A stretch of DNA of 64,000 nt from an uncultured Aureibaculum sp. Its GTDB lineage: Bacteria > Bacteroidota > Bacteroidia > Flavobacteriales > Flavobacteriaceae. The DNA is taken from assembly GCA_965369125.1 (NCBI GenBank), contig CBDUPN010000001.1, forward strand, positions 118,653-182,652, read 5' to 3'. The notes under the pieces were generated by a model. That model searched no databases. It was not told where the DNA came from and saw nothing but the letters and a program-made list of their open reading frames with translations. Both the position numbers and the translations under genes were made by a program. Shown here in pieces: positions 1-8,321 of the stretch (the stretch's first letter is position 1; the number at the start of each line of letters is the position of its first letter).

Positions 1-1
1 G

Positions 2-391
2 CGTGGCGTACCTTTATTTGACGAAATTATTATCGCTGTGGGTATCAATGCCGATAAAAAGTATATGTTTAGTCTTAAAGAACGCAAACAATTTATAGAG
101 CAAGCCTTTAAGGATGAACCTAAAGTCAAATTGGCGACCTATAAAGGAATGACTGTTGATTTTTGTAAAAAAGTAGATGCCGATTTTATACTTAGGGGGT
201 TAAGAAATCCTGCTGACTTTGAATTTGAAAAGGCCATAGCACATACCAATAGAAAATTATCTAAAATAGAAACTGTATTTCTCTTAACAGCCGCCAACAC
301 GTCTCATATATCTTCTTCTATAGTTCGTGATGTCATTCGAAATAAAGGAAATTATAAAATATTAGTACCAGATAGTGTTCGAATTAAATAG
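2..391 (+). CDS. coaD: Phosphopantetheine adenylyltransferase (5' truncated by window edge)
   Basis: Open frame from position 2 (RGVPLFDEIIIAVGIN); motifs ILRGLRNPADFEFE and ISSSIVR typical of CoaD. Confidence 0.93.
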   Translation, partial: RGVPLFDEIIIAVGINADKKYMFSLKERKQFIEQAFKDEPKVKLATYKGMTVDFCKKVDADFILRGLRNPADFEFEKAIAHTNRKLSKIETVFLLTAANTSHISSSIVRDVIRNKGNYKILVPDSVRIK

Positions 392-392
392 A

Positions 393-1328
393 TCAGGATT
401 TAGGTAAAAACACTTCTGCCATCATACATCTGGCACTGCCACCACCGCAGGTTTCTATGGTGTCTAAAGAACTTGAAATAATTTCACCATGTTTCTCAAT
501 GGACTTAATTTGATTTTTAGAAAGAGATTCAAGGGCAGCCAGGCTCATTATAACAAACTTTTTACCTTTATTGTTAGCTACCTGTAACATGTTACCTGCA
601 AAATTACCAAGTTGTTCTTCGGTGATATCGATGACTTCCTTACCATCGGCCTTTAAATGTTTTACGACGTTTTTTCGTTCACTTTTATCATCTATACTGT
701 TCAAACAAATTACAGAGAATTTTTCCCCTAAACACATCATTACATTGGTATGATAAATAGCCAATCGTTCTCCATTGACGGACTGATTAGCATGAAAAAT
801 TACAGGCTCATAATCGAAATCTTCGCAAAATTCAATGAGCAGTTCTTCATTTGCTCTTGGAGATAATGCACAATAGGCTTTACTATGTTGCCTGTCTAAT
901 ATTAAACTACCTGTACCTTCTAGAAAAACATTTTCAATTTCTGCAGACGTATAATCTATGATATTATGAATTATAAACCCTTCTTTTTCTAACAGATCTA
1001 GAACGCGTTCATCACGCTCCAGACGTCTATTTTCCGCAAACATGGGATATAATACCACATCACCATTTTCGTGAAAAGAGATCCAGTTATTAGGAAAAAT
1101 AGAATCAGGGGTGTCAGGGTTTTTTGTGTCCTGAAAAACAATTACCTGAATACCTTCCGAACGTAATTTCCTTACAAATTCATCGAACTCCTTTAAAGCT
1201 CTGGATTGAACGGCCTCGGGACTAACATCCTCTAAATCCATTTGGTAATAATTATTAACAGCCGTTTGTTCATTCATCCTGAAGTTTACAGGACGAACCA
1301 TCAATATAGTATCGGTAATTTGTCGCAT
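393..1328 (-). CDS. ctlX: Amidinotransferase-superfamily protein, citrulline utilization hydrolase CtlX-like
   Basis: PDSIFPNNW, FLEGTGS, YHTNVMM and C-terminal GGGSARCM (catalytic Cys) motifs. Confidence 0.8.
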   Translation of the reverse strand: MRQITDTILMVRPVNFRMNEQTAVNNYYQMDLEDVSPEAVQSRALKEFDEFVRKLRSEGIQVIVFQDTKNPDTPDSIFPNNWISFHENGDVVLYPMFAENRRLERDERVLDLLEKEGFIIHNIIDYTSAEIENVFLEGTGSLILDRQHSKAYCALSPRANEELLIEFCEDFDYEPVIFHANQSVNGERLAIYHTNVMMCLGEKFSVICLNSIDDKSERKNVVKHLKADGKEVIDITEEQLGNFAGNMLQVANNKGKKFVIMSLAALESLSKNQIKSIEKHGEIISSSLDTIETCGGGSARCMMAEVFLPKS

Positions 1329-1353
1329 TTAAATAATAAGGTTTTTCTTATAC

Positions 1354-1361
1354 CAAAATTA
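1354..1361 (-). promoter_or_regulatory. Bacteroidota -7 promoter element (TAATTTTG) for ctlX
   Basis: Matches TAnnTTTG consensus 25 nt upstream of the ctlX start. Confidence 0.5.
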
Positions 1362-1402
1362 CCATAAAAATATGTGAATTAATCAACTTATAATTATAGA
1401 AA

Positions 1403-3460
1403 TTATATTTCAAATCTTACACCGCCAAAAACGTTAAACCCCGGGGCTGGCTCATAGAATCTGCCGCCAAAAGCATTGATTCTAACATTGTCATTGTACT
1501 TAGTGTTAAACATATTGTTTATTCCTATGAAAGGTGAAATTATAGCATGATTTGTCTTTATTTTATAACCTATATTTAAATTAACAACACTATAATTATC
1601 ATCACTTACAGAATTACTATCATTTGTATATAATTCACCTACATATCGGGACTGTAAACTCGCGGTAAGTCCCGATTTATTGAGATAATCAAAAGAAATT
1701 GTTGCTAAATGCCTTGGAATTCCGGGAAGCATATTATCGTTAAAATTTCCAGAAGAAGTCTCATAATCATCATAAATAAAATCTGAATAGGTATAACTGG
1801 CCTTCAATTTCATGTTTCTTATCAAAGCTTGAGAATAAAAGAATTCAATTCCACTCCTTTTTGTGCTGCCAGCATTTCTGAAAAACGTTCTATCGGGAAA
1901 ATCTTCTAATTCGTATGGTACTAGATCATTATCGGTTTTGATATGAAATATTGCTATTTCGGCCGACATGCTTTCATTCTTAATTTTATATCCTAATTCT
2001 ATATTGCTTGCCTTTTGGGGATTTAATGCTAAATTAAAACCACCTTCTCCGGATGGATTGGCTGAGAGTTCGCTTAATGCCGGTGTTTCAAAACTGGTTG
2101 AAAAATTCGCGAATAAATGATGTTGATGGTTAAGTGAATAATTTATACCAATACTTGGATTGAATGAATGTAAAGAAATATCATCACTACCATCACCATC
2201 GGTAAGAAATTTGTCTTTCGCTTTTAAATGGTTAAGGTCATAACGAATACCTCCGCTTAAAAGAAAATCTCCGGATGAAAAATGATCAACAATAAAAAAC
2301 CCAAGTGATGAGAATGACTCCTTCTGATTGAAAGATCTTTCTCCCTTGATCCCTTCTAAATTATTAAAGCGCAATCTATTATCCTGTTGTATCGCCAGAT
2401 CATAACCAATTTGGACTTTATTTGTGCTGTTAGCAATATGATGTCTAAATGTCAAACTACTGCCATTTCCTGCATAGTTACGCTCAAGATCAACTATTCC
2501 ACCATCTTCAAACGGCAACAACCCATAAAAATCCCTGAATGAATAAAAACTATATGAATTCAATAGTATTCGATGTATTTGATGAGTAAAATTGGCGCCA
2601 ATTTTAAATTGACGTATACTTTCTTGGGTACTATAGTCAATATTACGCTGCCTTGCCTGTCTTCTATCCTCATTTACTTCTTCGAGATTCAATCCACCAG
2701 CATCCTCTGCCAATGGGCTATCTGTATAATTCACTAATATATTTAATTCAGAAGATGGCGTAAACCGATGTTTTAATTTAAAATTAAAATTGTAATTCTC
2801 GAAACCACTTTGTATCCGATATCCGTCTGTGGTTATCCTATTCCCATGAAAAATATAATTAGTACGTTTTCCTTTTAATCCAACTGCAAATTGATATTGT
2901 TGCATATTATAAGTTCCAAAGGTAAATCCGGCTTTTATAAAATTTTCACTAAAATCGTCAATCGTACTTATGCTAATAACACCTCCGGAAGCATTGCCAT
3001 AAAGTGAAGATGAAGGTCCTCTTATAATTTCTAAACTTTTGATGATCGATAAATTTAAATTATCTATTTGACCTTGTCCATCAGGGGTTGTTTCAGGTAT
3101 GCCATCTACTAAAATTTTTATCCCTCTAATACCGAAAGCTGCTCGCGCACCAAAACCACGTATAGAAACCCTAAGGTCTTGAGAATAGTTATTTGCATTT
3201 AAAGCAAATAGCCCCGGTATGCCTGATAAATATTCATTAAATGAAAGTTGTTGATAGATATCTTGTTTTTGTTCGAATTCAATTTTTGAAATAGAAAAAG
3301 GCAGCTTTTCTATGCTTTCTGAAATGCGAGAAACCTTTAAGGTAACAGGTTCTAAGGTTATCGGGCTGAGGCTGTCTTTTTGAGCAAAAATATTATTAAT
3401 TGAACTTATTAATAAAAGGTATAAAATATTCTTAATCATAAAATGGAAGTATTCTTTCAT
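1403..3460 (-). CDS. TonB-dependent receptor, YncD/PqqU (PQQ uptake)-like
   Basis: Plug motif SIRGFGARAAFGIRGIKILVDGIPETTPDGQGQ..LEIIRGPSSSLYGNASGGVI, FETPALSEL, and C-terminal GRFYEPAPG resemble E. coli YncD/PqqU as recalled; N-terminal signal peptide. Confidence 0.75.
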   Translation of the reverse strand: MKEYFHFMIKNILYLLLISSINNIFAQKDSLSPITLEPVTLKVSRISESIEKLPFSISKIEFEQKQDIYQQLSFNEYLSGIPGLFALNANNYSQDLRVSIRGFGARAAFGIRGIKILVDGIPETTPDGQGQIDNLNLSIIKSLEIIRGPSSSLYGNASGGVISISTIDDFSENFIKAGFTFGTYNMQQYQFAVGLKGKRTNYIFHGNRITTDGYRIQSGFENYNFNFKLKHRFTPSSELNILVNYTDSPLAEDAGGLNLEEVNEDRRQARQRNIDYSTQESIRQFKIGANFTHQIHRILLNSYSFYSFRDFYGLLPFEDGGIVDLERNYAGNGSSLTFRHHIANSTNKVQIGYDLAIQQDNRLRFNNLEGIKGERSFNQKESFSSLGFFIVDHFSSGDFLLSGGIRYDLNHLKAKDKFLTDGDGSDDISLHSFNPSIGINYSLNHQHHLFANFSTSFETPALSELSANPSGEGGFNLALNPQKASNIELGYKIKNESMSAEIAIFHIKTDNDLVPYELEDFPDRTFFRNAGSTKRSGIEFFYSQALIRNMKLKASYTYSDFIYDDYETSSGNFNDNMLPGIPRHLATISFDYLNKSGLTASLQSRYVGELYTNDSNSVSDDNYSVVNLNIGYKIKTNHAIISPFIGINNMFNTKYNDNVRINAFGGRFYEPAPGFNVFGGVRFEI

Positions 3461-3549
3461 AGTGACTTAAGCGATACAATATAAAAAATTTAATCATCCC
3501 TTTGAAAGGTTGAACTGTAAAAGAATATTATTCAAATTTTAAAATTTAC

Positions 3550-3605
3550 TTCGGTAAAAAATAATACCCTTTCGGACAATAATTTCACAGTTTCGTCCTA
3601 GGACG
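3550..3605. promoter_or_regulatory. Candidate operator: three TTCG-core direct repeats at 21-bp period plus 12-bp palindrome CGTCCTAGGACG
   Basis: TTCGGT at 3550, TTCGGA at 3571, TTCGTC at 3592; perfect palindrome 3594-3605. Confidence 0.45.
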
Positions 3606-3665
3606 GTTGTTTATTAAAATTTTTCTCGATTACTTCATAAAACAATTATTAAAATCAATTAATTT

Positions 3666-5789
3666 ATGAAAACCAACTCTTATTACTATTTACTCTTGGG
3701 TCTTCTAAGTGTTTTTATGTTTAGCAATTGTACTGGCAAAGATCAAACCGCTAGTTATGACGACAAAGCAATCGCCGATGAAGAACAGGTTTCAGACTGG
3801 CTGGCTTATGGAAGAACCCATAATGAAAGACGATTTAGTCCTGCCCAAGATATTAATACCAATAATGTAGCCAGTTTAAAGGTAGACTGGTTTATGGACT
3901 TACCTTATGATGTCGGGTTGGTCTCTACCCCTTTGGTGGTTGACGGCGTAATCTATTTTACAGGAACTATGAATATTGTGAGGGCTGTAAATGCTGTTAC
4001 TGGTGAATTATTATGGACATTTGACCCCGAAGTAGCCAAGGAAGTTCAAGGTAAAAAGAAAATTGGCTGGTTGCACAATCGTGGAATATCATTTTATGAA
4101 GGAAAAATCTTTGCAGCGACCTGGGATGGCCGACTTATTGCTCTTGATGCAAAAACCGGTAACAAAATATGGTCGGTAAGAACATTTGACATGGAAAGGT
4201 CCCTTTATATAACAGGAGCTCCAAAAGCTTTTAAGGGAAAGGTCTTAATTGGAAACGGAGGTACTGAAAATGGTCCAACAAGAGGATGGGTTACAGCCTA
4301 TGATGCCGATACTGGAAAAGAAGCCTGGAAATTTTATATAGTTCCCGGTAACCCGGCGGACGGATTTGAGAATGAGGCAATGGAAATGGCAGCCAAAACA
4401 TGGACGGGAGAATGGTGGAAACATGGTGGTGGTGGTAATACCTGGCATGGCCTTACCTATGATGCTGAACTAGATGTACTATATATTGGCACCGGAAATG
4501 GATCTCCCTGGAATCGAAAAATAAGAAGTCCCGGTGGAGGGGATAATCTTTTCCTATGTTCAATCGTTGCGCTTAAACCAGATACCGGAGAATACCTTTG
4601 GCATTATCAGACAACCCCGGGGGAAAGTTGGGATTATAATTCTAATATGGATATTGTCTTAACCGATTTAAACATAGACGGCAAAAATATAAAAGCGCTT
4701 TTACATGCACCAAAAAATGGATTCTTTTATGTTATAGACCGCGAAACAGGTAAACTGGTTTCTGCCGAGCCTTTTGCCGAAACCTCATGGGCTTCACATA
4801 TCGATATGGCAACCGGTAGGCCTGTAGAAATTGAAGGAGCAAGATATGAGAATGAACCTGCCTATATAACCCCTGGACCTTGGGGTGCCCATAGTTGGCA
4901 TGCGATGTCTTTTAACCCAAATACCGGATTGGCCTATATTCCGGTAATTCATCAAGCTTTTAACTATTCAGACGAAGGTATTGATCTTGCCAGTTGGCGA
5001 TCTGTCGAATTCGATGGAGGAACAGGTGTTGGTCTTTTAGGCCCTGACAAAGAACCTAGAGAATACCCGGCATCATTATTAGCATGGGACCCTGTGAAGC
5101 AAGAAAAGGTATGGTCTATACCTCAAAACCATTCTCATAATGCCGGCACTTTAACAACAGCGGGCAATCTATTATTCCAAGGAAGACCTGATGGTAAATT
5201 CCTGGCCTATAATGCCACTTCTGGGGAAATCCTTTGGACCTTTGATGTAGGGCTGGGAATTGCAGCTCCTCCTATAACTTATAAGATAGATGGTAAACAG
5301 TATATCTCCCTTTTGGTAGGATGGGGTGGCGGTTATGCCGGCCTCGGTTCCAATAAGGCAGCTGAGCTTGGATGGGCATATGGAGCACAAACGAGAAGGT
5401 TAATTACCTTTTCTTTAGAAGGAACAGCAGATATGCCAAAATTAGCACCACGTTTGATACCTATACCTATAGATTACCCTAATTTTACCATTGACGATGA
5501 CTTAGCATCCGAAGGTGCCAATGTGTATGGCCGATGCAGTGCCTGCCATGGTGGAGGTTTAATTAGTGGAGGAATGGCCCCAGACCTTAGAGCCTCTCCA
5601 ATTCCAATGGATAAGCAGTTGTTTACAGATGTAGTCAAGAATGGTGCAAGGGTGGCAATGGGTATGCCTTCACATCCCGATCTTAATGATGAAAATTTAG
5701 AGGCCCTGCGCCATTATATCCGCCGAACTTCGAGATCTGCTTTACAAAATGACGATAAACAACAAAATAAAAAGTATGATGCAAATTAA
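3666..5789 (+). CDS. PQQ-dependent quinohemoprotein dehydrogenase (type II ADH family) with C-terminal cytochrome c; predicted lipoprotein
   Basis: PQQ beta-propeller Trp-docking repeats, GTENG, GTGNGSPW, WDY, HAPKNGFFY, GWGG; heme-c motif CSACH at 5535-5549 with downstream GMP Met ligand; lipobox MFSN-C22. Confidence 0.9.
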   Translation: MKTNSYYYLLLGLLSVFMFSNCTGKDQTASYDDKAIADEEQVSDWLAYGRTHNERRFSPAQDINTNNVASLKVDWFMDLPYDVGLVSTPLVVDGVIYFTGTMNIVRAVNAVTGELLWTFDPEVAKEVQGKKKIGWLHNRGISFYEGKIFAATWDGRLIALDAKTGNKIWSVRTFDMERSLYITGAPKAFKGKVLIGNGGTENGPTRGWVTAYDADTGKEAWKFYIVPGNPADGFENEAMEMAAKTWTGEWWKHGGGGNTWHGLTYDAELDVLYIGTGNGSPWNRKIRSPGGGDNLFLCSIVALKPDTGEYLWHYQTTPGESWDYNSNMDIVLTDLNIDGKNIKALLHAPKNGFFYVIDRETGKLVSAEPFAETSWASHIDMATGRPVEIEGARYENEPAYITPGPWGAHSWHAMSFNPNTGLAYIPVIHQAFNYSDEGIDLASWRSVEFDGGTGVGLLGPDKEPREYPASLLAWDPVKQEKVWSIPQNHSHNAGTLTTAGNLLFQGRPDGKFLAYNATSGEILWTFDVGLGIAAPPITYKIDGKQYISLLVGWGGGYAGLGSNKAAELGWAYGAQTRRLITFSLEGTADMPKLAPRLIPIPIDYPNFTIDDDLASEGANVYGRCSACHGGGLISGGMAPDLRASPIPMDKQLFTDVVKNGARVAMGMPSHPDLNDENLEALRHYIRRTSRSALQNDDKQQNKKYDAN

Positions 5790-5854
5790 TAAAACGAGAA
5801 GTAAGATATAACCATATTGATTTTAGTTTCTATTTAAGAATTCAACAATTATAT

Positions 5855-5885
5855 AAAGCCCTTTAAAAATAAAGGGCTTTTTTTT
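5855..5885. terminator. Bidirectional intrinsic terminator between convergent dehydrogenase and amidinotransferase genes
   Basis: AAAGCCCTTT-aaaaat-AAAGGGCTTT followed by T run. Confidence 0.75.
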
Positions 5886-5900
5886 CATGAATAATTATAA

Positions 5901-6815
5901 TCAATCTCTTATCAAAGGCATGGTTGAACAACGCAATAGTCCTCCTTGCTTGCCAATTTCGGCATAAGGCACCCTTTCAACGGTAATTCCCTGATCTTCA
6001 AACCACTTATTTAATCTGGTAAAATTAATTTCAGAAATTACCACATTAGGAGAAATTGAGAAAATGTTGCTTTTCATATTATACATTTCGTCTTTATTGA
6101 TCTGGAATACATTTTCCTCACCAAAATAATTCAACAACCACTCATACTCTTCTTTTATTAAAAAGCCATTTTTATGCAAGATGGCTTTGTTATTGCCAAC
6201 GGGTTGGAAACAACAATCCAAATGAAGGGCATTATTGCGCGGATCTGTATTTGATTTTCTCAATTCGAAAGACTTTATTTTTTTATGCGGAAAGAATTCC
6301 TTAATGGCCTCAACAGCTTCATTATTTGTTCTGGCTGTGATGTATTGCGCATAATCGGCGCCTGTATAGGTACCTATAAAAATATATTCGTTGTGTGGAA
6401 TAACATCACCCCCTTCTATATGGGCCTCTTTAGGCAATCTAACAATCTTTGCTGGATCTATCTGATCTATTACGTATCTGATTGCTTCAATCTCCTTTTC
6501 CCTTTCCGGTAAAATATTACAATCAATAATATAATCGTCAATTACCAAGGCAATATCTCGTGCAAAAATTTGATTATAATTTACGATTACTTTCGGACGA
6601 AATACCTGTACACCATATTTCTTGAAAACCTTGCAAACGGCATCCATTTCCCTAATCATATCCTCCTCCTTCGGGTAAGTTCCCGCTAAGAGATGTTCAC
6701 GTGATTTTGGATCGTATGCCTCTTCGACAGTTGGATTAGGCCCAATACTTTCTGCCGTTCCAAGGATAACGGCTCTTAACCTGGAAGTCTCATTTTGAAT
6801 ATTTAATTGTAGCAT
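5901..6815 (-). CDS. Amidinotransferase / dimethylarginine dimethylaminohydrolase (arginine deiminase-like) family protein
   Basis: QIFARD, IEGGD, LHLDC and GGLLRCSTMP motifs of the pentein fold. Confidence 0.8.
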   Translation of the reverse strand: MLQLNIQNETSRLRAVILGTAESIGPNPTVEEAYDPKSREHLLAGTYPKEEDMIREMDAVCKVFKKYGVQVFRPKVIVNYNQIFARDIALVIDDYIIDCNILPEREKEIEAIRYVIDQIDPAKIVRLPKEAHIEGGDVIPHNEYIFIGTYTGADYAQYITARTNNEAVEAIKEFFPHKKIKSFELRKSNTDPRNNALHLDCCFQPVGNNKAILHKNGFLIKEEYEWLLNYFGEENVFQINKDEMYNMKSNIFSISPNVVISEINFTRLNKWFEDQGITVERVPYAEIGKQGGLLRCSTMPLIRD

Positions 6816-6827
6816 ATAAATTCCAAT

Positions 6828-6863
6828 AAAAAAGCTTCATAAAACAGACAATTCATGAAGCTT
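6828..6863 (-). terminator. Intrinsic terminator after gltA
   Basis: AAGCTTCAT...ATGAAGCTT stem with U tract on minus strand. Confidence 0.6.
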
Positions 6864-6881
6864 AATTTTTAATAATGTTAC

Positions 6882-8168
6882 TTATCTTTTATCTATTGTT
6901 TTGAATGGCCTTTGGGTCTCACCTATATAAATTTGACGTGGACGACCAATAGGTTCTTTATTCATCCTCATTTCCTTCCATTGTGCAATCCAACCGGGAA
7001 GTCTTCCCAATGCAAACATAACTGTAAACATTTCGGTAGGAAATCCTAAAGCCTTATAAATAATTCCAGAATAAAAATCGACATTTGGATAAAGTTTGCG
7101 ATCAACAAAATACTTTTCTTCCAATGCTTGTTTCTCAAGACCTTTGGCTATGGTAAGTACAGGATCATCTATTCCCAGATCATCTAATAATTCGTCGGCA
7201 GATTTTTTAATGATCTTTGCTCTAGGATCGAAATTCTTATAAACTCTATGCCCAAATCCCATTAAACGGAATGGGTCATTTTTGTCCTTGGCCTTTTCCA
7301 TATATTTCGCCGTATCTCCATCATCAGCCATTATCGCCTCTAACATTTCAACAACCGCTTGATTAGCGCCACCATGTAATGGTCCCCATAGTGCAGATAT
7401 GCCCGAAGATAAGGAGGCAAATAATCCGGCATGTGATGAACCTACAATCCTAACAGTACTGGTCGAACAATTTTGTTCATGGTCAGCATGAAGAATTAAT
7501 AATTTATCCAAGGCATCAACCACAACTGGATTCATTATATATTTTTCATTAGGCTTTTTAAACATCATCTTTAAGATATTCTCAACATAGCCTAAAGAAC
7601 TATCGCTATACCTTAATGGCAGACCTTGATATTTTCGCATTGTCCAAGCCACCAACACAGGAAATTTTCCCATGATCTTCACAATGGCTTTGTACATAGC
7701 CTCTTCTGAATCAACATTTACGGAGGATGGATTAAAAGAAGTTAATGCGCTTGTTAAGGAAGCAAGTACGCCCATTGGGTGTGCTGCCTTCGGAAATGCG
7801 TCTAATATCTTTTTGAGTTCTTCATCAACTATAGACTGTTTTTTAATATCATTTTCAAATTTTTCTAAAGTCTCAGCATCAGGTAATTCACCAAAAATTA
7901 GTAAGTAAGCAACTTCCAAAAAATCGGCTTTTTCGGCCAATTCTTCAATGGAATAGCCCCTGTAACGTAGGATACCTTTCTCTCCATCTAAAAAAGTAAT
8001 GGCACTCTCACATGATCCTGTATTTTTATATCCGGGGTCAAGGGTTATTATTCCACCTGTATCACTCCTTAATGATTTTATATCTATACCTATTTCACTT
8101 TCAGTACCTTTAACTATTGGCAATTCATAGGAAGATCCATTAACTATAAGTGTTGCTTTATCTGACAT
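6882..8168 (-). CDS. gltA: Citrate synthase, bacterial type II (GltA)
   Basis: DPGYKNT, LHADHEQNCST, GPLHGGAN, GFGHRVYKNFDPR, YPNVDFYSG; probable start MSDKATL at 8168 rather than 8222. Confidence 0.93.
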   Translation of the reverse strand: MSDKATLIVNGSSYELPIVKGTESEIGIDIKSLRSDTGGIITLDPGYKNTGSCESAITFLDGEKGILRYRGYSIEELAEKADFLEVAYLLIFGELPDAETLEKFENDIKKQSIVDEELKKILDAFPKAAHPMGVLASLTSALTSFNPSSVNVDSEEAMYKAIVKIMGKFPVLVAWTMRKYQGLPLRYSDSSLGYVENILKMMFKKPNEKYIMNPVVVDALDKLLILHADHEQNCSTSTVRIVGSSHAGLFASLSSGISALWGPLHGGANQAVVEMLEAIMADDGDTAKYMEKAKDKNDPFRLMGFGHRVYKNFDPRAKIIKKSADELLDDLGIDDPVLTIAKGLEKQALEEKYFVDRKLYPNVDFYSGIIYKALGFPTEMFTVMFALGRLPGWIAQWKEMRMNKEPIGRPRQIYIGETQRPFKTIDKR

Positions 8169-8258
8169 TTTATAATTGAATTTAATTATTATTTGAAAGT
8201 ACGCTAAATTACAAAATTTCAATTAGAAAATAATTATCAAAAGATTTCTATTAAAATG

Positions 8259-8290
8259 AAAAAAAACGACTCCCACAAAAGTGGGAATCG
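8259..8290 (-). terminator. Intrinsic terminator after eukaryotic-type citrate synthase
   Basis: CGACTCCCAC-aaaa-GTGGGAATCG stem with U8 on minus strand. Confidence 0.75.
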
Positions 8291-8321
8291 CTTATTTAAA
8301 TAATTATTAAAGTGTAAATTA

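Noticed and set aside
4629-4640. Possible lanthanide-dependent dehydrogenase
   Set aside because: Motif reads W-D-Y-N; the extra Asp two residues after the catalytic Asp that defines XoxF/PedH-type enzymes is absent
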